A stretch of DNA of 64,000 nt from an uncultured virus (IMG/VR IMGVR_UViG_3300023174_000076) (IMGVR_UViG_3300023174_000076); one strand, 5' to 3'; positions 9,453-18,887 are shown, numbered from the stretch's first letter. Made by a program: numbers and translations. The notes: a model not told the origin generated them from the letters alone.

Positions 9453-10326
9453 TGTAGAGCCAAAACATCTTGGTGGTGGAGTTGTTCTTTTTGAAAATAC
9501 TGCTACCATAGACTGGGATTGGATGTATGGTTTTTGCGAAAGAAGTATAGAACAAGAAAAAGCAGAAATGTATTCACTTACTATCCATCCAAATACGGGG
9601 GAACAAGTTTACGTAAATAATAGTGGATACTTTTTTCCGATTGAGCAAATTGAACAAATGCCGTATAGGGCAACAAGAATTCATAGAGATAAAGAACTGC
9701 ACGCAATAAAAACTTTGGCTTTTATTGATGAAGTTAAATATAAATGCTTATTAAAATATATAGAAATATTTCCATTGGTATACAAATGTGTTTGGTGGCA
9801 GAGCAGAGGTCACATAACTCAATATAAATCTAATGTTTATATGGGCCCACATGCAGATATACAAACAGATTATATGTATGGCGTCCCGCATCCAAGTCAG
9901 CAGCTGGCCATGAAAAATGTAGTTGGAACAATATTCTATATAAATGATAATGTTGAAACAGACGCCGAACTTAATGGAAAAAACTTTACAGGAGGCTCTC
10001 ATTTTTTCCCCTATTTAGATATAGACTATTCTCCTAAAAAGGGAGATGTATTAATGTTCCCTAGTGATTATATGGCAGCGCATCAAATAAGACCTACAGA
10101 CAACGGAGTAAGATACGCCTATCTCGGTTGGTATTGTCATGGTAGTCCAAACAAAGAACTTAATGAACATGTTCTTGATCCGCTGAAAGACCCAGCAAAT
10201 TCTACAATGGAGGTAAATCTTTATCTTCCATTTCTTAGACAAGACTATCTAAAACAGATTGAAGGAAAAGGATACAAAGAGGATTCACTACAGTATCTTG
10301 TGGCACTAAATATGGAGCAGTACTAA
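9433..10326 (+). CDS. 2OG-Fe(II) oxygenase
   Basis: MGPHAD ... YIND ... FTGG...F ... PKKGD.LMFPS.YMAAH.I......RY. Confidence 0.8.
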   Translation: MTMNYVDVEPKHLGGGVVLFENTATIDWDWMYGFCERSIEQEKAEMYSLTIHPNTGEQVYVNNSGYFFPIEQIEQMPYRATRIHRDKELHAIKTLAFIDEVKYKCLLKYIEIFPLVYKCVWWQSRGHITQYKSNVYMGPHADIQTDYMYGVPHPSQQLAMKNVVGTIFYINDNVETDAELNGKNFTGGSHFFPYLDIDYSPKKGDVLMFPSDYMAAHQIRPTDNGVRYAYLGWYCHGSPNKELNEHVLDPLKDPANSTMEVNLYLPFLRQDYLKQIEGKGYKEDSLQYLVALNMEQY

Positions 10327-10553
10327 TGGCTGCTCTTGGGCAAGAAGAGCTTAATTTGATTAAGCAGAAAACCAGTATATATTTAACAAAATCTATTTAT
10401 AAACTATGTCTTCTTCTTGGAAAAGATATGGAAAAAGCAATGGCATCAAATTCATTAAGTGATCTTTTGGGTGAAGAAGAAAAATCTCAAATGCAAACAG
10501 ATGCAATAACATCTCTTTACAACCAAATTGTAGCTCTTAAAAAAATAAGTTAA
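10326..10553 (+). CDS. Small helical hypothetical protein (cassette gene A1)
   Basis: Start overlaps the upstream stop. Similar to 14930-15145 (LGQ......K.....yL.KSI..L..LL). Confidence 0.65.
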   Translation: MAALGQEELNLIKQKTSIYLTKSIYKLCLLLGKDMEKAMASNSLSDLLGEEEKSQMQTDAITSLYNQIVALKKIS

Positions 10554-10554
10554 C

Positions 10555-10761
10555 ATGGAACCCAAAAAGGTTAGTGAAGAACTTATACATGAATTTACAG
10601 AAAAGATGGATAATTTTACTCCATCATACTCTGATGAAGATGAAAATATAATTATGGAAAATGGTGGCACGACCAGAGAATACGTGCTAACGAGTGATTT
10701 TGCAGAAATGAACAGATATATAATCTTGCCCTTATCTCCAAAAATAGAAGATCTAACATGA
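10555..10761 (+). CDS. Small acidic hypothetical protein (cassette gene B1)
   Basis: Tightly packed in the operon and the positional counterpart of 15142-15357. Confidence 0.55.
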   Translation: MEPKKVSEELIHEFTEKMDNFTPSYSDEDENIIMENGGTTREYVLTSDFAEMNRYIILPLSPKIEDLT

Positions 10762-11054
10762 GATATAATGCGATAAAAGACTTGGAGTATATAGATAATA
10801 AAATTTCTTTTTATTTATATTGTATTAGTTTAGATGGATCAAATATAGATTTATACACCATAGATGAAATTATATCTGCTGCTAGACTATTAACAATAGC
10901 CCCAATAGACGATGTTGAGTCTGGCAAGATAAATATAGGTCAAGACCCATGTTATCTATATTTAAAAAATCAACGAATCTCTTTAATAGGAAACATAAGA
11001 AGACTTTGGCATATGCGACAACTAGCGATTGGAGCTATCAAAAATGATGTATGA
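10758..11054 (+). CDS. Hypothetical protein (cassette gene C1)
   Basis: ATGA overlap. YN...DLE......fLY...lD......IDE.I ... K.Q.I.L...IRR.W is shared with 15338-15631. Confidence 0.7.
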   Translation: MRYNAIKDLEYIDNKISFYLYCISLDGSNIDLYTIDEIISAARLLTIAPIDDVESGKINIGQDPCYLYLKNQRISLIGNIRRLWHMRQLAIGAIKNDV

Positions 11055-11748
11055 AAAAGATTATTTTGATAATTTAGTAAACTTAATAAAATATACAGAT
11101 ATAGAATCAGTCGAAGAATCAATACAAAAAAGTAAAAATGTAAAAGAATATTTAGACACCCTAGATCTAGACAAAAGAAAGATAGCATCGGGGATGGATT
11201 TTCTTATTTGGTATTTTGATGTATTCAGCCAAGAAAGTCATTTTTGGAACACTAATCAAGCGTATTATTATGCGGCAAATACTCATGAATTTGGATTTTT
11301 AACAGCCAATCCAAAAACTTGTTTGATGACATTGCCCGCGTTCAATACAGGGTTATTGAGACTAATGCATAAAAAATGTAAACTAACATTATTAAATAAT
11401 TATCAGTTAAATTTATTTGAAAGAATAATAAAAAAAGATAATGAAAATTGGGATTATAATACTCTTTCAATGCAAGAAGTAGAGCTCGGCACAAAAGAAA
11501 CATACGATTTTATATGCATGAGTGTGCACGATGTGCTCCATGATCCCGATAGTGTTGTTGGGTTCTTTAATATGTTAAATAAAAACGGCACTATGATGAT
11601 ACTTTATACTGGCACGGATTCTCTGTATAAAGATGAATCTGTTTTTACAGACTTTCACGAAGTTCACGAAAAACTTAAAAATACAGAAAATTCATGCGTA
11701 TATCACAATCCAACAGGCGCTGCTGTTACATATGCGGTCAAACTGTAG
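11044..11748 (+). CDS. Degenerate class I methyltransferase-fold protein (cassette gene D1)
   Basis: ATG at 11044 follows GGAG. YDFI and MLNKNGTMMI resemble late MTase motifs, but there is no GxGxG. Paralogue of 15621-16361. Confidence 0.5.
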   Translation: MMYEKDYFDNLVNLIKYTDIESVEESIQKSKNVKEYLDTLDLDKRKIASGMDFLIWYFDVFSQESHFWNTNQAYYYAANTHEFGFLTANPKTCLMTLPAFNTGLLRLMHKKCKLTLLNNYQLNLFERIIKKDNENWDYNTLSMQEVELGTKETYDFICMSVHDVLHDPDSVVGFFNMLNKNGTMMILYTGTDSLYKDESVFTDFHEVHEKLKNTENSCVYHNPTGAAVTYAVKL

Positions 11749-11761
11749 TACTATATAAATT

Positions 11762-12439
11762 ATGATTATTTTAGATGATTTTATAAAAGATCCAATGTTA
11801 TTGGATGAAATTAAATATACAAAAGACTTTTTCCCAGAGTCAATGGGCGATGAAGAACGCATTGCGACAGTTCTAAACGGATATCATGATGAGCTGTGCG
11901 ACTGCTTTGCCCCGTATATGTTTTGGGATGGCTGGCATAAATCTGAGGCAAATACTCCAAGAAAAAGACTAATTAAAGCAGTTTGGGAAAACAACCTGCC
12001 TTTTCCGATTGAAGAATTATGTGGTTTTGAATATTGGACTAGAACTTTTAAGCCAGGACAGTTCTTGGATGTTCATGTAGATGAAGATACTTTTTTATAC
12101 GCTGACACTAAAGTATTCAGGGGCCCAATAATCGGCTGCGTATATTATCCAGAAACAAACGATGTTGTTGGTGGTTTTTTAGAACTTCATCCGACAGCTA
12201 TATCAGAGGATTCTGAAAAAGCTCTTGAAAAAGAAAACATGAATCCCTTAGTGGTTCCTATAGAGCTTAGAGAAAGAATTGCCTGTATGCCGAATAGGCT
12301 AATAATATTCGATGCAGGTCACGTAATACACAACACAACTCCTCCTATATCAGGAGTTAGAAGAGTTGTTGTTATTAATGTTTGGCATAAGGATAATCCA
12401 CCTTCAGCTTTATCATCTGGAAAATTTTATTATGAATAA
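11762..12439 (+). CDS. 2OG-Fe(II) oxygenase-like protein
   Basis: GFEYW...HVDED ... GG.LE ... NRLIIFD.G..IH.T......RR....N.W. Confidence 0.75.
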   Translation: MIILDDFIKDPMLLDEIKYTKDFFPESMGDEERIATVLNGYHDELCDCFAPYMFWDGWHKSEANTPRKRLIKAVWENNLPFPIEELCGFEYWTRTFKPGQFLDVHVDEDTFLYADTKVFRGPIIGCVYYPETNDVVGGFLELHPTAISEDSEKALEKENMNPLVVPIELRERIACMPNRLIIFDAGHVIHNTTPPISGVRRVVVINVWHKDNPPSALSSGKFYYE

Positions 12440-13121
12440 CTTAATTAAAAAAGATTTTCCCACGATAAGCATATTCACTGACTTTCTTTCAAAAAAAGAT
12501 TGGGAAATTGTAGATAAATATTGTAGAGAAAATAAAGATAACTTTGAGTTTGTTGGGTATGGGTCTCCGGTAAGATGGAGGGAGTACACGCATTCAAAAA
12601 ATGCAAACTTAAAATTTAAACGATCATTTTTGATGACAGAAAAAGAGTACTCTTCATTTACTAATGGTGAGATAGAAGAGCCATACCCTGAGGATAGCAA
12701 GCACGGCGACAATTATAAGATGTATATGGACATACCTACGCATGGCTTGATATATGAAACCCTAACACACATGCTTGAAAAAACTGAACAAATAATTCTA
12801 GATGCATATGGCCACAAAACATTTAGGGAAAGTGGTCCATGGTTAACCCATTCTTCAATTGGGGATCACATGAAATTGCATTGTGATGGAACTTTTATAG
12901 CCAACAGGGACGCATCAACAGACTTTTCTGTAGTTTATTATGTAAATGATGATTATGAGGGCGGGAATTTTAACATGCCGATGATGGGTTTTAACTTTAA
13001 ACCATTAGCCAATTCTCTTGTTATGTGGTCTAATTCAGGCCACGAAGATATGGCGCATGAGGTTCTTCCTGTTACAAACGGGGATCGATTTGTTTCTCAA
13101 GGATTTTTTTCAATAATTTAA
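12432..13121 (+). CDS. 2OG-Fe(II) oxygenase (tandem paralogue 1)
   Basis: ATG at 12432 overlaps the previous stop and is preferred over the track's 12366. Motifs HCD, YVNDDYEGG and AHEV.PV..GDR. Confidence 0.85.
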   Translation: MNNLIKKDFPTISIFTDFLSKKDWEIVDKYCRENKDNFEFVGYGSPVRWREYTHSKNANLKFKRSFLMTEKEYSSFTNGEIEEPYPEDSKHGDNYKMYMDIPTHGLIYETLTHMLEKTEQIILDAYGHKTFRESGPWLTHSSIGDHMKLHCDGTFIANRDASTDFSVVYYVNDDYEGGNFNMPMMGFNFKPLANSLVMWSNSGHEDMAHEVLPVTNGDRFVSQGFFSII

Positions 13122-13135
13122 AGGATAAATAAAGT

Positions 13136-13888
13136 ATGAAAAAAGTTTACACTCCAATGATAACTATATTTACAGATTTTCTTTTAGAAGAAGAAAGAGA
13201 AACTGTACATAAATACTGCATAGAAAAAAAAGATAATTTTGAATTCGTTGGGTATGGTGGACCAATAAGATGGAAAGAATATACCCATACAAAAAATTCA
13301 GATGTAAAATTTAAACGTTCATTTTTAATGTCAGAAGAAGAATATATTTTATTCAATAGTGGTCAAATAGATGAACCATATCCGGAAGATACTAGACATG
13401 GTGATAACTATAAAATATCTATGGCCATACCTACTTATGGTCAAGTTTACGATATACTTGAAAGCATACAGCAAAAAACTGAAGAAATAATTTCTGATAT
13501 ATGGGGCGATACAATATACAGAGAAACCGAACCATGGCTAGCCCATGCTGCGACGGGCAGTCATATGAAGCTTCATTGTGACGGAACCATTTTACCTGAA
13601 AAAAATGCAGGAACTGATTTCTCTTCAGTTTATTATATTAATGATGATTACGAGGGCGGCAATTTTAATATGCCAATGACAGGTTTTAACTTTAAGCCAA
13701 AAGCAAATTCTCTTTTGATATGGTCTGATGTTGGAATCGAAGACGCTGCTCACGAAGTGCTACCAGTTATAAGTGGAGATCGATTTGTATCTCAAGGATT
13801 TTTTTCAAAAAATAAAGAGTTAGCAAATAGATGGCCAAAAGAAAGAAAATTTTTAAATAAAGTAAATAATATAGAATCAGAACATTAA
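13136..13888 (+). CDS. 2OG-Fe(II) oxygenase (tandem paralogue 2)
   Basis: Closely similar to 12432-13121 along its length (KDNFEFVGYG, FKRSFLM, EPYPED, HMKLHCDGT, DRFVSQGFFS). Confidence 0.85.
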   Translation: MKKVYTPMITIFTDFLLEEERETVHKYCIEKKDNFEFVGYGGPIRWKEYTHTKNSDVKFKRSFLMSEEEYILFNSGQIDEPYPEDTRHGDNYKISMAIPTYGQVYDILESIQQKTEEIISDIWGDTIYRETEPWLAHAATGSHMKLHCDGTILPEKNAGTDFSSVYYINDDYEGGNFNMPMTGFNFKPKANSLLIWSDVGIEDAAHEVLPVISGDRFVSQGFFSKNKELANRWPKERKFLNKVNNIESEH

Positions 13889-13905
13889 TAATATATAAGA
13901 TAATA

Positions 13906-13914
13906 TGATATAAT
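13906..13914 (+). promoter_or_regulatory. Putative extended -10 promoter
   Basis: TGATATAAT in the intergenic region 44 nt upstream of 13958. Confidence 0.4.
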
Positions 13915-13957
13915 GTTCTTACAAAAAATATATTTTTAAAAAAGGTTAATTTTAATT

Positions 13958-14230
13958 ATGGCAAGTTATGCGCTTTTAAATAAAATGAATGTTGTTATAT
14001 TGGTTTTAGAAAATTTTGAAGAAAACGCAGAAGAAGGTGATGCAACAACAATTCTAGGCTCAATTGAAAAATGGGAAGAACATTATACAAGACAATTAAA
14101 TCACCCAAATGTACACTTTAAAAGATGCCATGATTACGACAACAACATCCGCGGAAAGTACCCACAAGTAGGAGATGTTTTTAATCAAGAATATAATGTC
14201 TTTACTAGTCAGCCACCTTGGCTTTGGTGA
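13958..14230 (+). CDS. Small phage protein (MAxYA...NNIRGKY...F..P family, often near fibre genes)
   Basis: MASYALLN..NVV..V ... WE.HY ... KR...DNNIRGKYP..GD......VF..QP resembles a widespread phage hypothetical family. Confidence 0.6.
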   Translation: MASYALLNKMNVVILVLENFEENAEEGDATTILGSIEKWEEHYTRQLNHPNVHFKRCHDYDNNIRGKYPQVGDVFNQEYNVFTSQPPWLW

Positions 14231-14257
14231 AATTAATAGCTTAGATTAAGGATTTTT

Positions 14258-14842
14258 GTGTTTCATAAAAATTTTAAAAAACTTGGTGAAGATATATATG
14301 TTTACAACTATTTTCTTTCAGAAAAAGAAATAGAATTTTATAATAAGGCAATTAACGACATAGACCCTCAACTTGGCTGGCAAAAAGACATTGATCACAA
14401 GTGGTTTAATAATAAAATAAGTTTTCCAATAAAAGAATTTAACTCTCTAATGTGTAGAATTAAAGAAACTTTTGAAAATAATTTTATGATAAATGAGCAC
14501 ACGTGTTTAAATAGATTATTGGCTGGCGACGAATGGGGTATCCATTCTGATGATCACGATTTTCGTTCTATAAAAGAACTGAGCCTATCCTATAGGGAAG
14601 GTGAACCATATGAATTAGTGAAATATACTGTTTATGGTTTGATTGTTTATTTTAATGACTTTGAAGGTGGCGCACTGCATTATCCTAATCAAGGTTTAAC
14701 ATATAAGCCATTACCGGGAGATATGGTCGTGCATAGTTCAGCTGAACACTGTAAACACGGAGTTACTAAAGTAATTCATGGACCTAGATACTCTTACAGC
14801 AATAATCTTTCCAAATATATAAAAGTTCCAAAAAATGATTAA
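14258..14842 (+). CDS. 2OG-Fe(II) oxygenase
   Basis: GTG start. Motifs HSD, YFNDFEGG.L.YP, P.PGD.V.H and HGV.KV..GPRY. Confidence 0.8.
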   Translation: MFHKNFKKLGEDIYVYNYFLSEKEIEFYNKAINDIDPQLGWQKDIDHKWFNNKISFPIKEFNSLMCRIKETFENNFMINEHTCLNRLLAGDEWGIHSDDHDFRSIKELSLSYREGEPYELVKYTVYGLIVYFNDFEGGALHYPNQGLTYKPLPGDMVVHSSAEHCKHGVTKVIHGPRYSYSNNLSKYIKVPKND

Positions 14843-14856
14843 TCCAGTAATATCTT

Positions 14857-14867
14857 TGTGGTACAAT
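14857..14867 (+). promoter_or_regulatory. Putative extended -10 promoter
   Basis: TGTGGTACAAT, nearly identical to the 7902 element, upstream of the second cassette. Confidence 0.45.
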
Positions 14868-14929
14868 ATATATACAAAGTCATATGCCATACATGGGTAA
14901 ATAAGGTAAAAAAAATATAAAGGAAAAAA

Positions 14930-15145
14930 ATGGAACTAGGACAATACGACATAGTTAAGGCAAAGAACGAAGCTAGAATGTTTCTAGCTAAATCTATAGA
15001 CGTGCTAAGCGCACTTTTAGATGTAGATTATACAAGTTTAGATGAAGATTCTAAAAATCCTTTTAATGAATCAACTCCTCAATATCAGGCTTTTAGCTGT
15101 CTAATTGAAGAAATAATTTCGTATAAAAAATTGGTTCAATCATGA
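14930..15145 (+). CDS. Small helical hypothetical protein (cassette gene A2)
   Basis: RBS AAGGA. Paralogue of 10326-10553. Confidence 0.7.
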   Translation: MELGQYDIVKAKNEARMFLAKSIDVLSALLDVDYTSLDEDSKNPFNESTPQYQAFSCLIEEIISYKKLVQS

Positions 15146-15357
15146 GTAGCATTGGAGAAACAAACGAATTTAATAATAAATCAGATTTGTCGCAAAGAAA
15201 AGGCGAATCTATAACAGATCTTCCAGATTGGGATAATGAAATAATGGAATGGGATTCAGCCACTGGCATATACTATGTTGCCGGCAAACCAGTCAGCATG
15301 TGCCAGGGAGTTGCAATGTACAAAGAAGAAGAAACTGATGACAAAGATAAAGAGTAG
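15142..15357 (+). CDS. Small acidic hypothetical protein (cassette gene B2)
   Basis: ATGA overlap with A2. Same position and size as 10555-10761. Confidence 0.55.
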   Translation: MSSIGETNEFNNKSDLSQRKGESITDLPDWDNEIMEWDSATGIYYVAGKPVSMCQGVAMYKEEETDDKDKE

Positions 15358-15631
15358 TTATAACTCTTTAGAGGACCTAGAAATAAATTCTCAACATCTA
15401 GCATCGTTTCTATATATACTTGGAATAGATGAAGATAGATTTAATGATTTTTCAATAGATGAGGCCATAAATCTAATTAGATCTAGGTATGTTTACAAGC
15501 ATAGCAACCCCGATTACAACGTTGCCGCGCAAGAATACATAAAAAAACAAAATATTGTCTTATGCAGAGGCATAAGAAGATGCTGGTTTAGTATACAGTA
15601 TGCGCTTTATGAGGTAAAAAATGACAAATAG
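15338..15631 (+). CDS. Hypothetical protein (cassette gene C2)
   Basis: ATG at 15338 (MTKIKSSYNSLEDLE) is preferred over the track's 15275. Paralogue of 10758-11054. Confidence 0.7.
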   Translation: MTKIKSSYNSLEDLEINSQHLASFLYILGIDEDRFNDFSIDEAINLIRSRYVYKHSNPDYNVAAQEYIKKQNIVLCRGIRRCWFSIQYALYEVKNDK

Positions 15632-16361
15632 TAATAGATATGAAATTAAAAAATCTTTTGATTTTACCAATTGGGCATATGATTGGAAGGAATATACAAC
15701 CCAAGCATCAAAAGAGGATGGTTTACAATCTGTAGCCATAGCTGATTATTTATGGAACACCATTAAGGTGGATAAAAGAAATATAGCTACCGGTGGTGCA
15801 AGTGATTATGAATTTGTTATTCATTATCCAAGACCAAATCTAGCTGATTCTTATGGGCAATCTCAGTGGATGCCAATATTGTTAACTCAACTTTTGGCGG
15901 ACTTATGTAAGCCAAAACATATATTAGCCATATCTGGTGGATTGGATACATACAAACTAAAGCCATTCCAAGATATTTACGACTCTAAAATATATATGTT
16001 AAATAATAAAAAAACATCTTTGTATAAAAAATTTCAAGAAGAATATGCACCCATAGAACATACGGTCATTAGTCATCAAGACTTAGAAAAAGACAACTGC
16101 AATGCCTACATGTTTGATATGATGATAGGGTGGTCGCAGGAAATGGAAAATCCATTTGTTGGTCCAGATTTTTATCTAGATAGATTAAATACTAATGGTA
16201 TTTTAATTATACAAAATTCTTCGGACAGCATATTTTTATATCAAAATGACACTGTCGCTTCACCCACAGCTGCGTATCATGAGGAAATAAAGTTAAGAAA
16301 AGACTGTAGGATGTATCATGTTCCACTTTTTTATGGGTTAACAGTAGTAGTCAAACAATAA
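15621..16361 (+). CDS. Degenerate methyltransferase-fold protein (cassette gene D2)
   Basis: Motifs DKRNIATG, KPKHILAISGG, MFDMMI, LDRLNTNGILII and YHVP...GLTVVVK. Paralogue of 11044-11748. Confidence 0.5.
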   Translation: MTNSNRYEIKKSFDFTNWAYDWKEYTTQASKEDGLQSVAIADYLWNTIKVDKRNIATGGASDYEFVIHYPRPNLADSYGQSQWMPILLTQLLADLCKPKHILAISGGLDTYKLKPFQDIYDSKIYMLNNKKTSLYKKFQEEYAPIEHTVISHQDLEKDNCNAYMFDMMIGWSQEMENPFVGPDFYLDRLNTNGILIIQNSSDSIFLYQNDTVASPTAAYHEEIKLRKDCRMYHVPLFYGLTVVVKQ

Positions 16362-16364
16362 ATT

Positions 16365-16958
16365 ATGAATAAAAAAATTAGTTTAATATCCCTTGATGTT
16401 CACACATGTTCAATCGAAGGAATAGACAATGCGTTAGTGGAAAAAGAAATAAAAGAATTTTCTGGTAATATTCCTGATATTAAAGATCCTCATCCAGCAC
16501 ATACTTTTTATGAAGATAGATATTATCCATTTGAAAAACCAGAATGTGCTAAACTTTTAGTAAAAATAACCGAAACAGTAAACGCTATCCTTGGCAGGGA
16601 AATGGTTATGGATTCTGCTTGGACTCTTACGCTTGAACGTGGTCAGTCTGTTGTGGGCCATACTCACAAGGTTAATACTCAATTATATCCATTGGATTAT
16701 TATTCAATATCGTATTATGTTAACGCGCCAGCTGGAAGCGCAGAGCTAATATTCGTTACACCATATTGCAACACAATAGAAAATACGACAACCATAAAAC
16801 CAGAAACAGGAATGTTAACACTATTTAATTCATTCATATATCATATGACAAATCGTCATTATAGTGATGAAAAAAGAATAGTTATTAGCGCTAACTTTAG
16901 ACCGTTAAAAGAAAATTTAAATATAAATCCAGATTGGTCAGAATATAAAATACCTTAA
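16365..16958 (+). CDS. Putative 2OG-Fe(II) oxygenase (TIGR02466-like)
   Basis: W......G.....HTH ... S.SYYV.AP...AEL.F ... PE.G.L.LF.S...H.......E.RIVIS.N. Confidence 0.75.
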   Translation: MNKKISLISLDVHTCSIEGIDNALVEKEIKEFSGNIPDIKDPHPAHTFYEDRYYPFEKPECAKLLVKITETVNAILGREMVMDSAWTLTLERGQSVVGHTHKVNTQLYPLDYYSISYYVNAPAGSAELIFVTPYCNTIENTTTIKPETGMLTLFNSFIYHMTNRHYSDEKRIVISANFRPLKENLNINPDWSEYKIP

Positions 16959-17051
16959 AATAATAATTAATTTTTAGACTTGTTTTATAGATAAAATTAT
17001 ACTACTATATAATTTGTCTATATAATACATAGGATATTCAAGGAGAATAAG

Positions 17052-18158
17052 GTGATTACGCAAGAAACCTATAAAGAATTTATTGGAAATATTAATATTA
17101 ATGATATGGATCCAATAATGAACGCCCCAGATGTAGACTTTAACGCTGTAAATCATGTAGTTAAAACAAATTTTGATGCGATGCTGACTTGGGATTATTC
17201 TCTTGTCCATAATCAGTTAAGAAAGCTTTATGAGAAGGCTAAAAATAATCAATGGAATGGCGAAACAGCTTTAGACTGGTCTATACCGGTAGATCAAGAA
17301 AAGACCTTATTGGAAGACTATGCAAGATTTGGTACTAGTAGAGACTTGTCGGTCTATGAAGGTAGCCCAATTGAAAAATGGGGTAGAAAAGAATGGATTG
17401 AATTTGGTCTTGAAAGTAGAAAGTGGTTAATTTCTCAGTTTATCCATGGAGAGCAGGCAGCATTGTTGTGCGCCTCTAAGCAAGTAATGACTTGTCCATG
17501 GTATGACGGAAAACTATATGCAGCTACTCAGGTTGTCGATGAAGCTCGTCACGTAGAGGTATTCGCAAAGTATGCCAATACAAAGCTTGGCGGAACCCTG
17601 CCCTTTAACTGGCATATACAGAGTCTTGTGGATGATACGATTTCCGATAACCGTTGGGATATAACATATCTTGGTATGCAGATCATGGTTGAGGGTTTGG
17701 GTCTTGGATCAATGGCGTATTTGCGCGAACTAACAAAAGAGCCACTACTAAAGCAGCTTCTTAGAAATGTAATGACAGATGAGTCTAGACATATTTCTTT
17801 TGGTGTAATTACATTAAAAGAAGTATATGCTCAAATGACAGATGCTGAAATTATGGAGCGCCAAGAATTTGCTTATGAGGCCAGTATCAAAGTTGGAGAA
17901 AGAGTGCTTCAACAAGAGGTATATGAAAAAATGGGAGTCAAAACAAAAGACATAGCTCCATTCCTACTTAACGACCCAGCACAAGCTTGGATTAGAAAAA
18001 TGCTAGCTGCAAAAATTATTCCCAATGTAAGCAAACTGGGGCTGCTTGATAGAAATGGTGCTTGGCTGCGTAAAAAGTTTGAAGAAGCTGGAACGATAGA
18101 ATTTGAGCATCTTGGAGAATCTGACGAAGAATTTGCGGCTTGGGTTCATACTTTCTAA
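17052..18158 (+). CDS. Ferritin-like diiron protein (AurF / N-oxygenase-like)
   Basis: GTG start after AGGAG. Diiron ligand pattern HGEQ, DEARH, MVEG, DESRH. Confidence 0.8.
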   Translation: MITQETYKEFIGNININDMDPIMNAPDVDFNAVNHVVKTNFDAMLTWDYSLVHNQLRKLYEKAKNNQWNGETALDWSIPVDQEKTLLEDYARFGTSRDLSVYEGSPIEKWGRKEWIEFGLESRKWLISQFIHGEQAALLCASKQVMTCPWYDGKLYAATQVVDEARHVEVFAKYANTKLGGTLPFNWHIQSLVDDTISDNRWDITYLGMQIMVEGLGLGSMAYLRELTKEPLLKQLLRNVMTDESRHISFGVITLKEVYAQMTDAEIMERQEFAYEASIKVGERVLQQEVYEKMGVKTKDIAPFLLNDPAQAWIRKMLAAKIIPNVSKLGLLDRNGAWLRKKFEEAGTIEFEHLGESDEEFAAWVHTF

Positions 18159-18160
18159 AT

Positions 18161-18808
18161 GTGAAAACTCCAGACGACTTTAATGTAAAAAGCGTATACA
18201 GTTATAAATCATCTGAAGATTTAAAGAGATACTATAATGATTGGGCAATGGGATACGACAAATATGCTCAAGACGTTAATTACATACTAGCAGATCATAT
18301 AGCTAAAGTATCATCTACTGTAATCCCAGATGATATAGTTAGCGTCTTAGATATAGGCTGTGGAACTGGCATTGTTGGCGAAAGCCTATCTAACTATAGA
18401 CCCCAGTGCCTGATAGATGGAGTAGACATCTCAATTGAGATGATTAACCTAGCTAAATCAAAAAAAAGAGCAGATAAATTACCATGTTATTATACTCTTT
18501 ATTGCGAAGATTTTACCCAAAAAAGTAAATTAATAGAAAAAAAATATGATTTTATAGTTAGTGCTGGGACATTTACACTTGGTCATCTTGGAGTTAAAGA
18601 GCTAATTGAAAGCATAAATTATTTAAAAAATAAAGGAAAAGCAATCTTTAGTATTAAAGCCGATCATTATCAAAATGACAATTTTTATATGGCTTTACAA
18701 ATCTGTCTTGGAAAAAATATAATAAATAATTTAAAAATTGATGAAATAAATACTTATAATTCTGACTTTGATGCCGCAAGTAAAATCGTTGTCTTTACAA
18801 AGTCTTAA
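18161..18808 (+). CDS. Class I SAM-dependent methyltransferase
   Basis: GTG 2 nt after the upstream stop. Motifs YY.DWA..YD, VLDIGCGTG.VG, DGVDIS.EM and YD.IVSAG.FT.GH. Confidence 0.85.
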   Translation: MKTPDDFNVKSVYSYKSSEDLKRYYNDWAMGYDKYAQDVNYILADHIAKVSSTVIPDDIVSVLDIGCGTGIVGESLSNYRPQCLIDGVDISIEMINLAKSKKRADKLPCYYTLYCEDFTQKSKLIEKKYDFIVSAGTFTLGHLGVKELIESINYLKNKGKAIFSIKADHYQNDNFYMALQICLGKNIINNLKIDEINTYNSDFDAASKIVVFTKS

Positions 18809-18887
18809 GATATATAGTGTTTTATGCCAAAAATGATCAAGTCCTTTGTCAATACAACAATTTTTGTAGAGCAATAAGTTAAATTCA

